DNA of 64,000 bases from contig CALGID010000001.1 of assembly GCA_937915675.1 (NCBI GenBank), forward strand, positions 23,504-87,503, in the 5' to 3' direction. Under the pieces are notes generated by a model, which was not told the origin of the DNA, ran no database searches, and saw only the letters and a list, made by a program, of their open reading frames with translations. This document shows, piece by piece, positions 38,174-46,910 of this stretch. This stretch comes from an uncultured Anaerolineaceae bacterium. Its GTDB lineage: Bacteria; Chloroflexota; Anaerolineae; Anaerolineales; Anaerolineaceae. The translations under genes and the position numbers were made by a program. Within the stretch, counting starts at the first letter, position 1. Each line of letters begins with the position of its first letter.

Positions 38174-39529
38174 TTAGCGCCCTACCCCAATCACCCGGAA
38201 ACCCAGCCGTTCCAATCGGCCGCGATCCAGATAATTGCGCCCATCAAGCACCGGTACCGGGTTGATCTTCTCCCAATCCAGCTCACGGTAATGCGGCCAA
38301 TGCGTCACCAGCACAATCGCCTCGGCTTCGTCCAGGGCATCTTCCACGTCCTGGCAAAAGGTCACGCCCAGGTCCGCGTACTGGCGCCGGGCGTTATCCA
38401 GCGCGATCGGGTCGTGCACGCGCACCAAGGCGCCGCGCAAGAGCAGCAGGCGGCTGATATCCAGGCTGGGAGCATCGCGCAGGTCATCCGTATCCGGCTT
38501 AAAGCTAAAGCCCAGCATCGCGATGCGCCTTCCTTTTAATATCTTCAGCGTTTCCTGCAGGGTATCCACCACCCAGGCGCGCTGGTTGTAGTTCACATCG
38601 CGGGCAGCCTGAATGATGGGCATCTCCAGCTTGTACTCATGCGCGGTCGAAACCAATGCCGCCGTGTCCTTCCCAAAGCACGACCCACCCCAGCCGATGC
38701 CCGCCTCCAAAAAGGCCGGACCGATGCGTTTATCCAGGCCGATGCCCCGGGCGATCGCGGTCACATCGCCTCCTACCTTCTGGGCCAGGTGGCCAACTTC
38801 GTTGATAAAGGAGATCTTCAGCGCCAGGAAGGCATTGGCGGCATACTTAATCACCTCCGCTGAGCTCAAATCGCAGACCAAAACGGGTACGCTGCCCATC
38901 CCCTCCGGACGCGGCAGGCCTTCAGGGGCCTCAAAATCCTGGAGGATCAAATGCTTGTAAAGTTCCTTAAGCTTTTCTGCGCCTTTTTCGTCCTCGCTGC
39001 CAATCACAATGCGGTCCGGGTAGAAAGAATCGTGCAGGGCGGCGCCCTGTTTGAGGAATTCCGGGTTGGAAACCACCGCGTAATGGCCGTTGGGCTTCTT
39101 GCCGTGGCTGCGCTCGTATTGGTCCTTGAGGATCGCCCCTACCCAGTTCCCCGAACCGATGGGCACGGTAGACTTGTTCACCACCACCGTAAAACCTTCC
39201 CCCATGCGCTCAGCTACCGATTCCGCCGCCTGGCGCACATACTCCAGATTTGCCGACCCGTCCGGCAGCGATGGCGTTCCCACCGCGATGAAGACCACAT
39301 CGGCCTCGGGAATTCCGGCATCATCGTAATCCGAGGTGAAGCGCATCCGCGGTCCCACAGTCTTGAAGAGGTTCTCCAGGTTCGGCTCGTAAAAAGGAAC
39401 CAGCCCGGCCTGCAGCAGTTTGATCTTCTCCGCATTCACGTCGATGCAGGTGACATCGTGCCCCAAATAAGCCAGCATCACGCCGGTGTTCAGCCCCACA
39501 TAGCCCGTACCAATGATCAGAATACGCAT
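38174..39529 (-). CDS. ugd: UDP-glucose 6-dehydrogenase
   Basis: N-terminal Rossmann MRILIIGTGYVGLNTGVMLA, catalytic Cys region GWGGSCFGKD, 451 aa. Confidence 0.88.
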   Translation of the reverse strand: MRILIIGTGYVGLNTGVMLAYLGHDVTCIDVNAEKIKLLQAGLVPFYEPNLENLFKTVGPRMRFTSDYDDAGIPEADVVFIAVGTPSLPDGSANLEYVRQAAESVAERMGEGFTVVVNKSTVPIGSGNWVGAILKDQYERSHGKKPNGHYAVVSNPEFLKQGAALHDSFYPDRIVIGSEDEKGAEKLKELYKHLILQDFEAPEGLPRPEGMGSVPVLVCDLSSAEVIKYAANAFLALKISFINEVGHLAQKVGGDVTAIARGIGLDKRIGPAFLEAGIGWGGSCFGKDTAALVSTAHEYKLEMPIIQAARDVNYNQRAWVVDTLQETLKILKGRRIAMLGFSFKPDTDDLRDAPSLDISRLLLLRGALVRVHDPIALDNARRQYADLGVTFCQDVEDALDEAEAIVLVTHWPHYRELDWEKINPVPVLDGRNYLDRGRLERLGFRVIGVGR

Positions 39530-39666
39530 AATTCTCCTGTCTGTGCTTTACTCCGCCCCATTCTAATCGATTGCCCCAAAATCGGAAGGTATTTAGCTCT
39601 TGACTTTAACTTTATTAAGGTTTACTATCATTATATTCAAACCATAATGAAAGGACTGTCATAATT

Positions 39667-39969
39667 ATGGCGATCACCAAGCTGCCGCAATGGATGCAGG
39701 ACCTGGAAGAGGAGGATCTGGTCTTCATTCGCCGCTTCCTGCTCAACTCCGGTTCCCTGAAAGAAACCGCCAAACTTTACGATGTCAGTTACCCCACCGT
39801 GCGCCTGCGGCTGGACCGCCTGATCCAAAAAATCCAGATGGCGGAGCAAAACCAGCACGAACCCTTTGTAGCCTTCATCCAAAAGCTGGTGCTCAATTAC
39901 AAGATGGACGTGGAAACTGGCCGCCAGGTGATTCGGGAATACCGCCAGAGTAGGGAGGAGAATCAATGA
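39667..39969 (+). CDS. DUF2089-like small HTH protein
   Basis: LVFIRRFLLNSGSLKETAKLYDVSYPTVRLRLDRLI resembles the DUF2089 C-terminal HTH. Confidence 0.55.
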   Translation: MAITKLPQWMQDLEEEDLVFIRRFLLNSGSLKETAKLYDVSYPTVRLRLDRLIQKIQMAEQNQHEPFVAFIQKLVLNYKMDVETGRQVIREYRQSREENQ

Positions 39970-40250
39970 CATCATTCGCTGAACCAATCTCGCTGCTGCT
40001 TTTAGGAGCAGGGCTGCTCCTGCTGATCGGGCTTTGCCTACTGGAGTGGTTTCTGGCCTTGCGCTCACCCCTGGCAGCCTTCGTGCTCGCGGGGAGCATG
40101 AGCGTCCTGGCCGTCTTTACCAGTTATTGGCCCCTGGTCTTCTCGCTGATCCTGTTTGCCATCTTCCAGTTTGCGGCCCGCAAGCGCAGCAAGCTCAGCA
40201 TGCAAGCCGCCGCCCTTCGAAATATGCAGGCCAAAGATCTGGGCCTCTAA
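39966..40250 (+). CDS. Small membrane protein (3 predicted TM helices)
   Basis: 94 aa and hydrophobic. 4-nt overlap with the DUF2089-like gene. Confidence 0.5.
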   Translation: MTSFAEPISLLLLGAGLLLLIGLCLLEWFLALRSPLAAFVLAGSMSVLAVFTSYWPLVFSLILFAIFQFAARKRSKLSMQAAALRNMQAKDLGL

Positions 40251-40276
40251 CCCCAAAATCCGGAAAGCGAGTTCTG

Positions 40277-40585
40277 ATGAGCTATCAACTTCTACTGATC
40301 CTGATGGGTGTCTCTCTGGCAGGTTTACTGGCTGCCAGCCTGGTCTGGCCGCGGGGCAAGCAAGGTTTTAATATCGTCTTGTTTCTGGCCTTGGGCCTGC
40401 TGGGCAGGCTTGCCTTGAGTACCCTGGGCAAATTCCAGGCTTGGGTGGCTGCGGCCCAAATTGAGCCCAGCCAGTTTGTCTTCCTGCCGCCCTTCGTTTT
40501 CCTGGCCCTGCTCCTGGGCTTGGCCGCTCCTTTCATCTACCTGGTGCGCTCCATGCGGCGCAACCCGGGTTATCTGGCCTTATAA
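40277..40585 (+). CDS. Small membrane protein
   Basis: In-frame ATG at 40277 (MSYQLLLILMGVSLAGLLAASL) inside ORF 40034..40585. Three hydrophobic segments. The upstream part of that ORF overlaps the previous gene. Confidence 0.45.
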   Translation: MSYQLLLILMGVSLAGLLAASLVWPRGKQGFNIVLFLALGLLGRLALSTLGKFQAWVAAAQIEPSQFVFLPPFVFLALLLGLAAPFIYLVRSMRRNPGYLAL

Positions 40586-40684
40586 GAACGCCTTGGCCTA
40601 AACCCGAAGCCGTCACCGCGCGCGGAGCCGCCTTTGCGCAGGCCCTTATGTTATGATTCCCGAATCCATTCACAGGAGCGCGGC

Positions 40685-40813
40685 ATGCAGCAGAATACCC
40701 GATTCCCCGGCAAATCAGGCAGCGTAACCCCGGGCCTTCATGGCCGGGAACTCCTGCCTGCACTGTTTCTCCCCGTTGCCAAAACCAGCACTCAGAAGAT
40801 GGCGGAAGCATGA
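40685..40813 (+). CDS. Possible 42-aa upstream ORF translationally coupled to the kinase gene
   Basis: AGGAG lies 6 nt before ATG 40685. Its TGA overlaps ATG 40810 as ATGA. Peptide MQQNTRFPGKSGSVTPGLHGRELLPALFLPVAKTSTQKMAEA. Below the ORF-track length cutoff. Confidence 0.2.
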   Translation: MQQNTRFPGKSGSVTPGLHGRELLPALFLPVAKTSTQKMAEA

Positions 40814-41673
40814 TGCTCAAAACCCTCGGCCTTGGCGATAACGTGGTGGATGAGTACCTGGATCAAGGCCGGCTATACCCCGGTGGGAATGCCCTCAATT
40901 TTGCCGTCTTCGCCGCCGAGTTGGGCTGCCAATCGGCATACATGGGCGTCTTCGGGGACGACCTCGCCGGCCAGCATGTCCGCCGGGCCGCCGCAGCCAA
41001 AGGCCTGGATATCAGCCAGTGCCGGGTTGAAAGGGGCGAGAACGGCCACGCCTACGTGGAGTTGCGGGAAGGCGAACGCCGTTTTCTGCGCAGCAATCGC
41101 GGTGGGGTCTCGCGTGAAAAGCCCCTGCAAATCGATGCCGCCGCTTTGGATTACATCGCGGGTTTTAACCTGGTGTGTACCAGTGTGCACAGCTATATCA
41201 ACCACGCCCTTCCTTTAATTAAAGCAACCGGCGTAAAACTGGCTTACGACCTATCGGAACGCCGCGATGCAGAGCTTCTGGCCGCGGTTTGCCCCCACTT
41301 GGATTTTGCCTTCAGTTCATGCGGCAAACTGAGCCCCTCCGAGACCCTGGATTTCATCCAAACTTTGCACGCCTGCGGCGCCCCAATGGTTTTAGCCACC
41401 CGCGGAGCGGAAGGAGCTCTATTTTCGGACAGCAGGCAGGTTTTTTCGCAAGCGGCAGTAAACTTGGACAGGGTCATTGACACAATGGCCGCCGGGGATG
41501 GCTTTTTGACCGCCTTCCTGGTCAATTTGCTTCAAAACCAGGCGGCATCACCTTGGGATCTAGCCGTGCAGGAAGCGCTGCGGTCTGCGGCGGCGTTCTC
41601 TGCCAAGGTTTGCCAGTGGGAAGGCTCCTGGGGCATGGGCTTGGATCTAAATTCCAATGACGGGACGGTTTGA
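40810..41673 (+). CDS. PfkB-family sugar kinase, fructoselysine 6-kinase (FrlD)-like
   Basis: N-terminus LKTLGLGDNVVDEYLDQGRLYPGGNALNFAVFAAELG resembles FrlD. C-terminal DTMAAGDGF PfkB motif. Followed by an FrlB-like gene. Confidence 0.65.
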   Translation: MMLKTLGLGDNVVDEYLDQGRLYPGGNALNFAVFAAELGCQSAYMGVFGDDLAGQHVRRAAAAKGLDISQCRVERGENGHAYVELREGERRFLRSNRGGVSREKPLQIDAAALDYIAGFNLVCTSVHSYINHALPLIKATGVKLAYDLSERRDAELLAAVCPHLDFAFSSCGKLSPSETLDFIQTLHACGAPMVLATRGAEGALFSDSRQVFSQAAVNLDRVIDTMAAGDGFLTAFLVNLLQNQAASPWDLAVQEALRSAAAFSAKVCQWEGSWGMGLDLNSNDGTV

Positions 41674-42625
41674 AATGGATGCTTCGCGGATCGTAAAAGA
41701 GATTTTGGCAAAAACACCAGGAGGCATTCAGGAGATCAATTACATTGGCTGCGGGGGCTCGCGGGCCTCGGTCTTTGCCGGGCACTACCTCATGAAGCAC
41801 GAGGCTAAAGCCATTGCCAGCAACTGGTTTAATAGCAACGAATTCGTCCACGCTGCTCCGCGTTCGCTGGGCCCGGGGAGCGTTTGCGTCGTCTGCTCGC
41901 TAAAGGCCACCCCCGAGAGCCTTGAAGCGCTCCGCCTGGCAAATGCCCGCGGGGCGGCGACCGTCGCCCTCACCGGCAGCCTGGATACCGGCCTGGCCAA
42001 AGAAGCCCAGTACCCCCTTGTGTATACAACGCGCGCGGATGGCAACCAGGCCCACGCTTTGCGCATCGGCTTTGAGCTCCTGCATCAGCAGGAAGCCTGG
42101 CGGCACTACGCCGAAGCCCAAACTGCCCTGGAAAAAGTGGACCCCCTGATCGCCGGCGCCCTGGAGCGCAGCCTTTCGGCAGCCCGGGAGTTCGGGCTCC
42201 TCTACAAGGACGATCAGCTCTTTCACATCCTGGCCAGCGGCAGCGCCTATAGCGCGGCTTACATCATGGCCTTCTGCCATCTGATGGAAATGCAGTGGAA
42301 GCATGCCGTGCCCATCCATAGCGGAGAATACTTCCATGGGCCCTTTGAAGCGACTGATAAGGACCTGCCAACGATTCTGATCAAATCCACCGGCCGCACC
42401 CGCCCCCTGGACGAGCGGGTGGAGCGTTTTTTAGCCCAATACGCCTCCCGCGTGACCATCATCGATACGGTCGAACTTGGCTTGCCCAGCCTGGGCGAGC
42501 ACGTTGCCGAATACTTTAATTCTGTGCTCATGCTTACCGTCGCCCACCAATACGTCGATGAGCTCAGCAAGCAAACTGGCCATCCCATGCAGCACCGCCG
42601 CTACATGTGGCAGTTTGACTACTAA
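41657..42625 (+). CDS. SIS-domain fructosamine-6-phosphate deglycase (FrlB)-like
   Basis: Two SIS halves. HSGEYFHGPFE and the C-terminal HRRYMWQFDY resemble E. coli FrlB ESGEFRHGPLE and RRYYGGLVEY. The start may instead be ATG 41675. Confidence 0.7.
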   Translation: MTGRFEMDASRIVKEILAKTPGGIQEINYIGCGGSRASVFAGHYLMKHEAKAIASNWFNSNEFVHAAPRSLGPGSVCVVCSLKATPESLEALRLANARGAATVALTGSLDTGLAKEAQYPLVYTTRADGNQAHALRIGFELLHQQEAWRHYAEAQTALEKVDPLIAGALERSLSAAREFGLLYKDDQLFHILASGSAYSAAYIMAFCHLMEMQWKHAVPIHSGEYFHGPFEATDKDLPTILIKSTGRTRPLDERVERFLAQYASRVTIIDTVELGLPSLGEHVAEYFNSVLMLTVAHQYVDELSKQTGHPMQHRRYMWQFDY

Positions 42626-42912
42626 TCAATATTATTCGAGTTAATTCGGAACAGACCTACTAATCCGGGTCGATTTGATCACTTCGGCCGTTTGGTGTGA
42701 TTTGAAGTAAAGGCTAACCTAATTATTGGTTTCATTGGTAATTCGTTGTTAAGTCCCCGAACTTTTTGGCAATAATGATGCCCTTAAGTCCTCCCGATGG
42801 TTTCTGAATCTCCTTTACCCAAGGAATATTCTTTCTATTAACCAAACCTGAAAAAACAAGATTGATAGTTTCATGATTTGTAAAGGTTGTATCGCTAAAT
42901 GAAACTAACTCG

Positions 42913-42940
42913 TTGACTAAAGGACCTAGGTGCCTATAAT
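42913..42940 (+). promoter_or_regulatory. Near-consensus sigma-70 promoter upstream of the IclR gene
   Basis: TTGACT (42913..42918), 16-nt spacer, TATAAT (42935..42940), about 100 nt before ATG 43041. Confidence 0.45.
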
Positions 42941-43040
42941 CATTGATATTGTTAATTAATTAACGCATTATTCACTAAAATTTAATTTTTAAATAGCCGA
43001 GTTAAATCTGTTAGTTCGAAATGAGGGAACTAATCCAGTT

Positions 43041-43802
43041 ATGAGTTCTACACTTACCAAGTCATTTAAGGTTCTTGAGTATGTAGCCGACATCCACAAT
43101 TTGGAGGCCTTGGCAAAAGCAACTGGGTTGACCAAATCTACCACCTATCGTATCGTCAATTCCCTTGCCCGCCTGGGGTATGTTGAACATGTGCCCAGGG
43201 AAGGATATTATCTGGGGCGGAAGCTGCTTTCCCTTGGCTTTAAGGCGTACTCACAATTACATTTGCCTTCTATTGCCCACCCCTATTTAGTAAAACTCGC
43301 GAATCTTACCCAGGAAACGGTTCATCTCGGTATTTTGGACGAGGATGATATCGTCTACATTGATAAAGTGGATGGAAATCGTGGCCTTCAAATGCGTTCA
43401 CGGATTGGAGCGCGTGTTCTGCCGCAATCCACCTCACTCGGAAAGATCCTGATTGCAGCTAAGGACGACACTGTTTGGTCAAGTTACTTCGATCCCAATT
43501 TGCGCCGAACCTCAAATACGATTGATAAGTTAGAGGATTTTCTAAACGAATTAAAAAAGGTTCGGTCAACCGGATATTCTCTTGATCTGGAGGAGAACGA
43601 GACTGGCATTTATTGTATTGGGGCAGAAGTAAAGGATGCGAGCAACCAAACGGTTGCGGCCCTCAGTCTGTCTGTTGCTAAGGTTTACCTAACGGACAAG
43701 AGATTCAACGAGTTGATCCCATTGGTCGTAGATTATGGTAAGCAGATCTCGTTTGAGTTGGGTTGGAAATCCGAGGGGTTATCCCAGGGAGAAGTGAGAT
43801 GA
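43041..43802 (+). CDS. IclR-family transcriptional regulator
   Basis: N-terminal wHTH (LAKATGLTKSTTYRIVNSLARLGYV) plus a C-terminal IclR effector domain; 253 aa. Confidence 0.88.
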   Translation: MSSTLTKSFKVLEYVADIHNLEALAKATGLTKSTTYRIVNSLARLGYVEHVPREGYYLGRKLLSLGFKAYSQLHLPSIAHPYLVKLANLTQETVHLGILDEDDIVYIDKVDGNRGLQMRSRIGARVLPQSTSLGKILIAAKDDTVWSSYFDPNLRRTSNTIDKLEDFLNELKKVRSTGYSLDLEENETGIYCIGAEVKDASNQTVAALSLSVAKVYLTDKRFNELIPLVVDYGKQISFELGWKSEGLSQGEVR

Positions 43803-43889
43803 GTGTTTCACCAACCTCGGTATTATATTTCAGCGAACATTTTTGTCAGCAAACAAATTTGACATGTTTTTTAGGTAATAGGAATTATT

Positions 43890-45341
43890 ATGCGTAGACA
43901 CTCTGACAACTATGAAGATACACTGGCAAACGTAAATACCTTTTCTTCACCATCCGACTTAAAAATAACCGATATGCGCTTCGTGAACCTGGAAGGCTGT
44001 CCCTTCCCAGCCGTAATCATGAAACTGTACACCAATCAAGGTATTGTCGGTTTTGGAGAAGTCCGAGATATGGGGTCCAAGACATACGCTTTGATGCTGA
44101 AAGGAAGGCTCCTCGGCGAAAACCCATGTAATGTGGACAAACTATTCCGGAGGATCAAACAATTTGGTTCCCACGGACGCCAGGGAGGCGGTGTATCCGC
44201 TATAGAAATTGCACTTTGGGACCTGGCTGGAAAAGCTTTTGGAGTGCCAGTTTACCAGATGCTGGGCGGCAAGTTTAGAGACTCGGTAAGGATTTACTGT
44301 GACACAGATGTAATGTTCGCTAGTGAAAGAAGCGCAGGCAAAGCCATGGGAGAAGCCCTTGCCCAGAGGCTGGAAAAAGGCTTCACCATGTTGAAAATGG
44401 ATCTGGGAATCAACCTTTTAGAGGGGCTCCCGGGGATGCTGAATGCTCCCCTCGGATATTTGGAAAGCCAAAGGGCTGCGTTTGATAAGGGCAATAAACT
44501 CTACCCCTCAGACCTCGCGCATGACCAGCAGGAACTAAGGAAGGCTATTCGAACTACCTCTTCTCTTGAGGATTTGATGGAGAGATTCGATGCTCGCAAT
44601 CGGTCCTATGAATTCCTGGCTCGTATACACCCCTTTACGGCGATCCAAATCACCGAAAAAGGCTTGGATTACTTAGAAAACTACGTCGCTGAAGTCAGAG
44701 ATGTGATTGGATATGAAGTTCCCCTTGCGCTTGATCACTTTGGGAAAATCGCAATCGAAGAAATCATCAAGCTTGCAAAGCGGCTAGAAAAATTTAATAT
44801 AGCATGGCTTGAGGACCCAATTCCTTGGCCACTTACAAATCAATGGAAACGCCTGGCTGACGCTACCACTATCCCCGTTTGTACTGGAGAAGAACTTTAT
44901 TTGGCCCAGAGTTTTGAACCAATTCTCGATGTTGGCGGCTTAAGTTATGTGCATCCGGACATGTTAACCCTGGGCGGCATTTACGAAACAAAGAAGTTGG
45001 GTGATTTGGCAGAACGCTACGGGGCCAAAATGGTTCTCCACCAAGCGGGCACCCCAATTCACGCTCTAGCCGCCGCCCATGCTGGAATTGCAACTGAAAA
45101 TTGTCTGGCAAGTGAATGGCACGCAAACGATGTGCCTTGGTGGGATGATCTCTATGTAGGAAAAATGGCGAAACCCCTGGTGAGATCCGGTTTTCTCGAA
45201 GTATCCAACGAGCCGGGTCTGGGGATTGAAGACCTAAACGATGAACTGATAAAAGAGAGAGTAAGCGCTTCGATCCCAGGAATGTGGGAACCAACGGATG
45301 AATGGAATTTTGAATACAGTTATGACGAAAGGTTAAATTGA
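43890..45341 (+). CDS. Enolase-superfamily enzyme (mandelate racemase/muconate lactonizing family), unusually long at 483 aa
   Basis: N-terminal capping domain with GFGEV and AIEIALWDLAGKAFGVPVYQMLGG. Barrel-domain metal-ligand contexts ALDHFG and WLEDP. Has a ~70-aa insertion relative to typical members. Confidence 0.75.
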   Translation: MRRHSDNYEDTLANVNTFSSPSDLKITDMRFVNLEGCPFPAVIMKLYTNQGIVGFGEVRDMGSKTYALMLKGRLLGENPCNVDKLFRRIKQFGSHGRQGGGVSAIEIALWDLAGKAFGVPVYQMLGGKFRDSVRIYCDTDVMFASERSAGKAMGEALAQRLEKGFTMLKMDLGINLLEGLPGMLNAPLGYLESQRAAFDKGNKLYPSDLAHDQQELRKAIRTTSSLEDLMERFDARNRSYEFLARIHPFTAIQITEKGLDYLENYVAEVRDVIGYEVPLALDHFGKIAIEEIIKLAKRLEKFNIAWLEDPIPWPLTNQWKRLADATTIPVCTGEELYLAQSFEPILDVGGLSYVHPDMLTLGGIYETKKLGDLAERYGAKMVLHQAGTPIHALAAAHAGIATENCLASEWHANDVPWWDDLYVGKMAKPLVRSGFLEVSNEPGLGIEDLNDELIKERVSASIPGMWEPTDEWNFEYSYDERLN

Positions 45342-45352
45342 TAGGTAAAACA

Positions 45353-46192
45353 ATGATCTTTGATTGCCACACACATTTGGCTCACCCCGATCACGTCGGT
45401 GGAGACTTTCTGGCAGATGCCAAGAGGGCCTGGGGGGAGAGTTATTCCATGCCCTGCAGCCCCGTAGAGCACCAAGAGGCTATGAAACAATGCGATGGCG
45501 CAATCGTTTTGGCCCTGGACGCCGAAGACGTCGGCTTCTATGTGCCTAATGAATATGTAGCTACCTATGTGAGCACAAACCCGGATTCCCTTGTTGGATT
45601 CGCAAGTGTAAATCCAAAAAGGTCCGATGCAATAGAACGGCTTGTTTATGCTAAAGAAGAGCTCGGTCTAAAGGGCCTCAAACTCGCCCCAATCTACCAG
45701 ATTTTCGACCCTGTATCGCCCGAGTATTTCCCCCTTTATGCAAAAGCAGAGGAACTAGAAATGCCGGTCATGTGGCATCAAGGCACGTCGTACATCAGGG
45801 TTGGGCCTCTAGATCTTAGCAATCCCGTTTTGATCGATGTAGTGGCACGCCATTTTCCAAAACTGAAGATGGTCATTGCTCATCTCGGCCACCCATGGAC
45901 CTCTGAAACTGCTTGTGTGATTCGAAAGCACCCAAATGTGTTTTCAGATGTTTCCGCACTCGTTACAAGGCCCTGGCAGTTTTACACCGCCATGCTGAGC
46001 ATGGTGGAATATGGTGTAACCAACAAACTATTGTTTGGAACAGATTTTCCGTTCTTTGATTGTGATCGCACCATCAAAGCATTCAGGAATATCAACCACA
46101 TCATTGAGGGTACTAACATGCCTCGCATTCCAGAGGAGGTGATCGAATCGATTATTCATGGAAACCCTCTGGAAAAACTAGGCTTAAATTAG
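45353..46192 (+). CDS. Amidohydrolase_2-family metal-dependent hydrolase/decarboxylase/hydratase (LigI/LigJ/ACMSD-like)
   Basis: MIFDCHTHL N-terminal HxH motif, HLGHPW, and a C-terminal FGTDFP. The start could also be TTG 45338. Confidence 0.75.
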   Translation: MIFDCHTHLAHPDHVGGDFLADAKRAWGESYSMPCSPVEHQEAMKQCDGAIVLALDAEDVGFYVPNEYVATYVSTNPDSLVGFASVNPKRSDAIERLVYAKEELGLKGLKLAPIYQIFDPVSPEYFPLYAKAEELEMPVMWHQGTSYIRVGPLDLSNPVLIDVVARHFPKLKMVIAHLGHPWTSETACVIRKHPNVFSDVSALVTRPWQFYTAMLSMVEYGVTNKLLFGTDFPFFDCDRTIKAFRNINHIIEGTNMPRIPEEVIESIIHGNPLEKLGLN

Positions 46193-46208
46193 AAAAAATC
46201 GGAGGAGA

Positions 46209-46871
46209 ATGAAAGTGACGGATAAAGAACTTTTTGAGTTAATGGAAAAACGGTTGTATACAGGGCTGCTTTGTGATGTCATGGACGAAATGGGCCTTAG
46301 AAACCAGGCGATGAACATCAACATCCGCCCATTAGAAGAAACCTCAGTAATGGCTGGCAGAGCCAAAACCATCCTTGCGGTCGATGTTTACGAAGTAGTC
46401 GATGAACCTTATAAAGTAGAAATCGCGGCCCTGGACAGCATAAAAGAAGACGAAATTCCCGTGATTTGCACCAATTCAAGTTCTAACAACGGAATTTGGG
46501 GTGAACTTCTTTCTACTGCGACAAGAATGCGTGGAGGTAGAGGTGCGGTAGTTGATGGCCTCATGAGGGACACAAAAAAAATCAGGGAGATGGGATTTCC
46601 AGTGTTCTCAGCAGGCTATAAACCTCTCGACTCTAAGGGTCGGGGGTTAGTCATTGATTTTGATTGCCCAGTCGTTGCGGGGGGAATACGCGTACTCCCA
46701 GGTGATGTTATTTTTGCGGATTTTGATGGTGTAGTAGTGGTGCCTAAAGACATTATCCATGAGGTCGTAAAAAAAGCTCTGGATAAGCTCGAGATGGAAA
46801 ATCATTCTCGCAATGAACTATTGGAAGGAAAACTATTGCAGGATGTTTATGACAAGTACGGAGTTTTATAA
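46209..46871 (+). CDS. RraA-family protein (HMG/CHA-aldolase / oxaloacetate decarboxylase-like)
   Basis: WGELLSTATRMRGGRGAVVDGLMRDTKKIREMGFPVFSAG is the RraA-fold signature. The start may be GTG 46215. Confidence 0.8.
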   Translation: MKVTDKELFELMEKRLYTGLLCDVMDEMGLRNQAMNINIRPLEETSVMAGRAKTILAVDVYEVVDEPYKVEIAALDSIKEDEIPVICTNSSSNNGIWGELLSTATRMRGGRGAVVDGLMRDTKKIREMGFPVFSAGYKPLDSKGRGLVIDFDCPVVAGGIRVLPGDVIFADFDGVVVVPKDIIHEVVKKALDKLEMENHSRNELLEGKLLQDVYDKYGVL

Positions 46872-46910
46872 AATCGCAATTCAAGACCACAAAAGAAACA
46901 AGGAGAAAAA

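Noticed and set aside
42630-42720. Flanking repeats or att sites for the low-GC island (left CGAGTTAA at ~42640 against right TTAACTCG at ~55531)
   Set aside because: It is only an 8-bp inverted match, well within chance expectation for AT-rich DNA. No integrase or tRNA lies at either boundary.
43835-43865. TGTCA-N11-TGACA inverted repeat upstream of the first enolase gene as an IclR operator
   Set aside because: The 5-bp arms are short and lie in AT-rich DNA, and there is no second copy upstream of iclR to support it. It is too weak to list as a feature.
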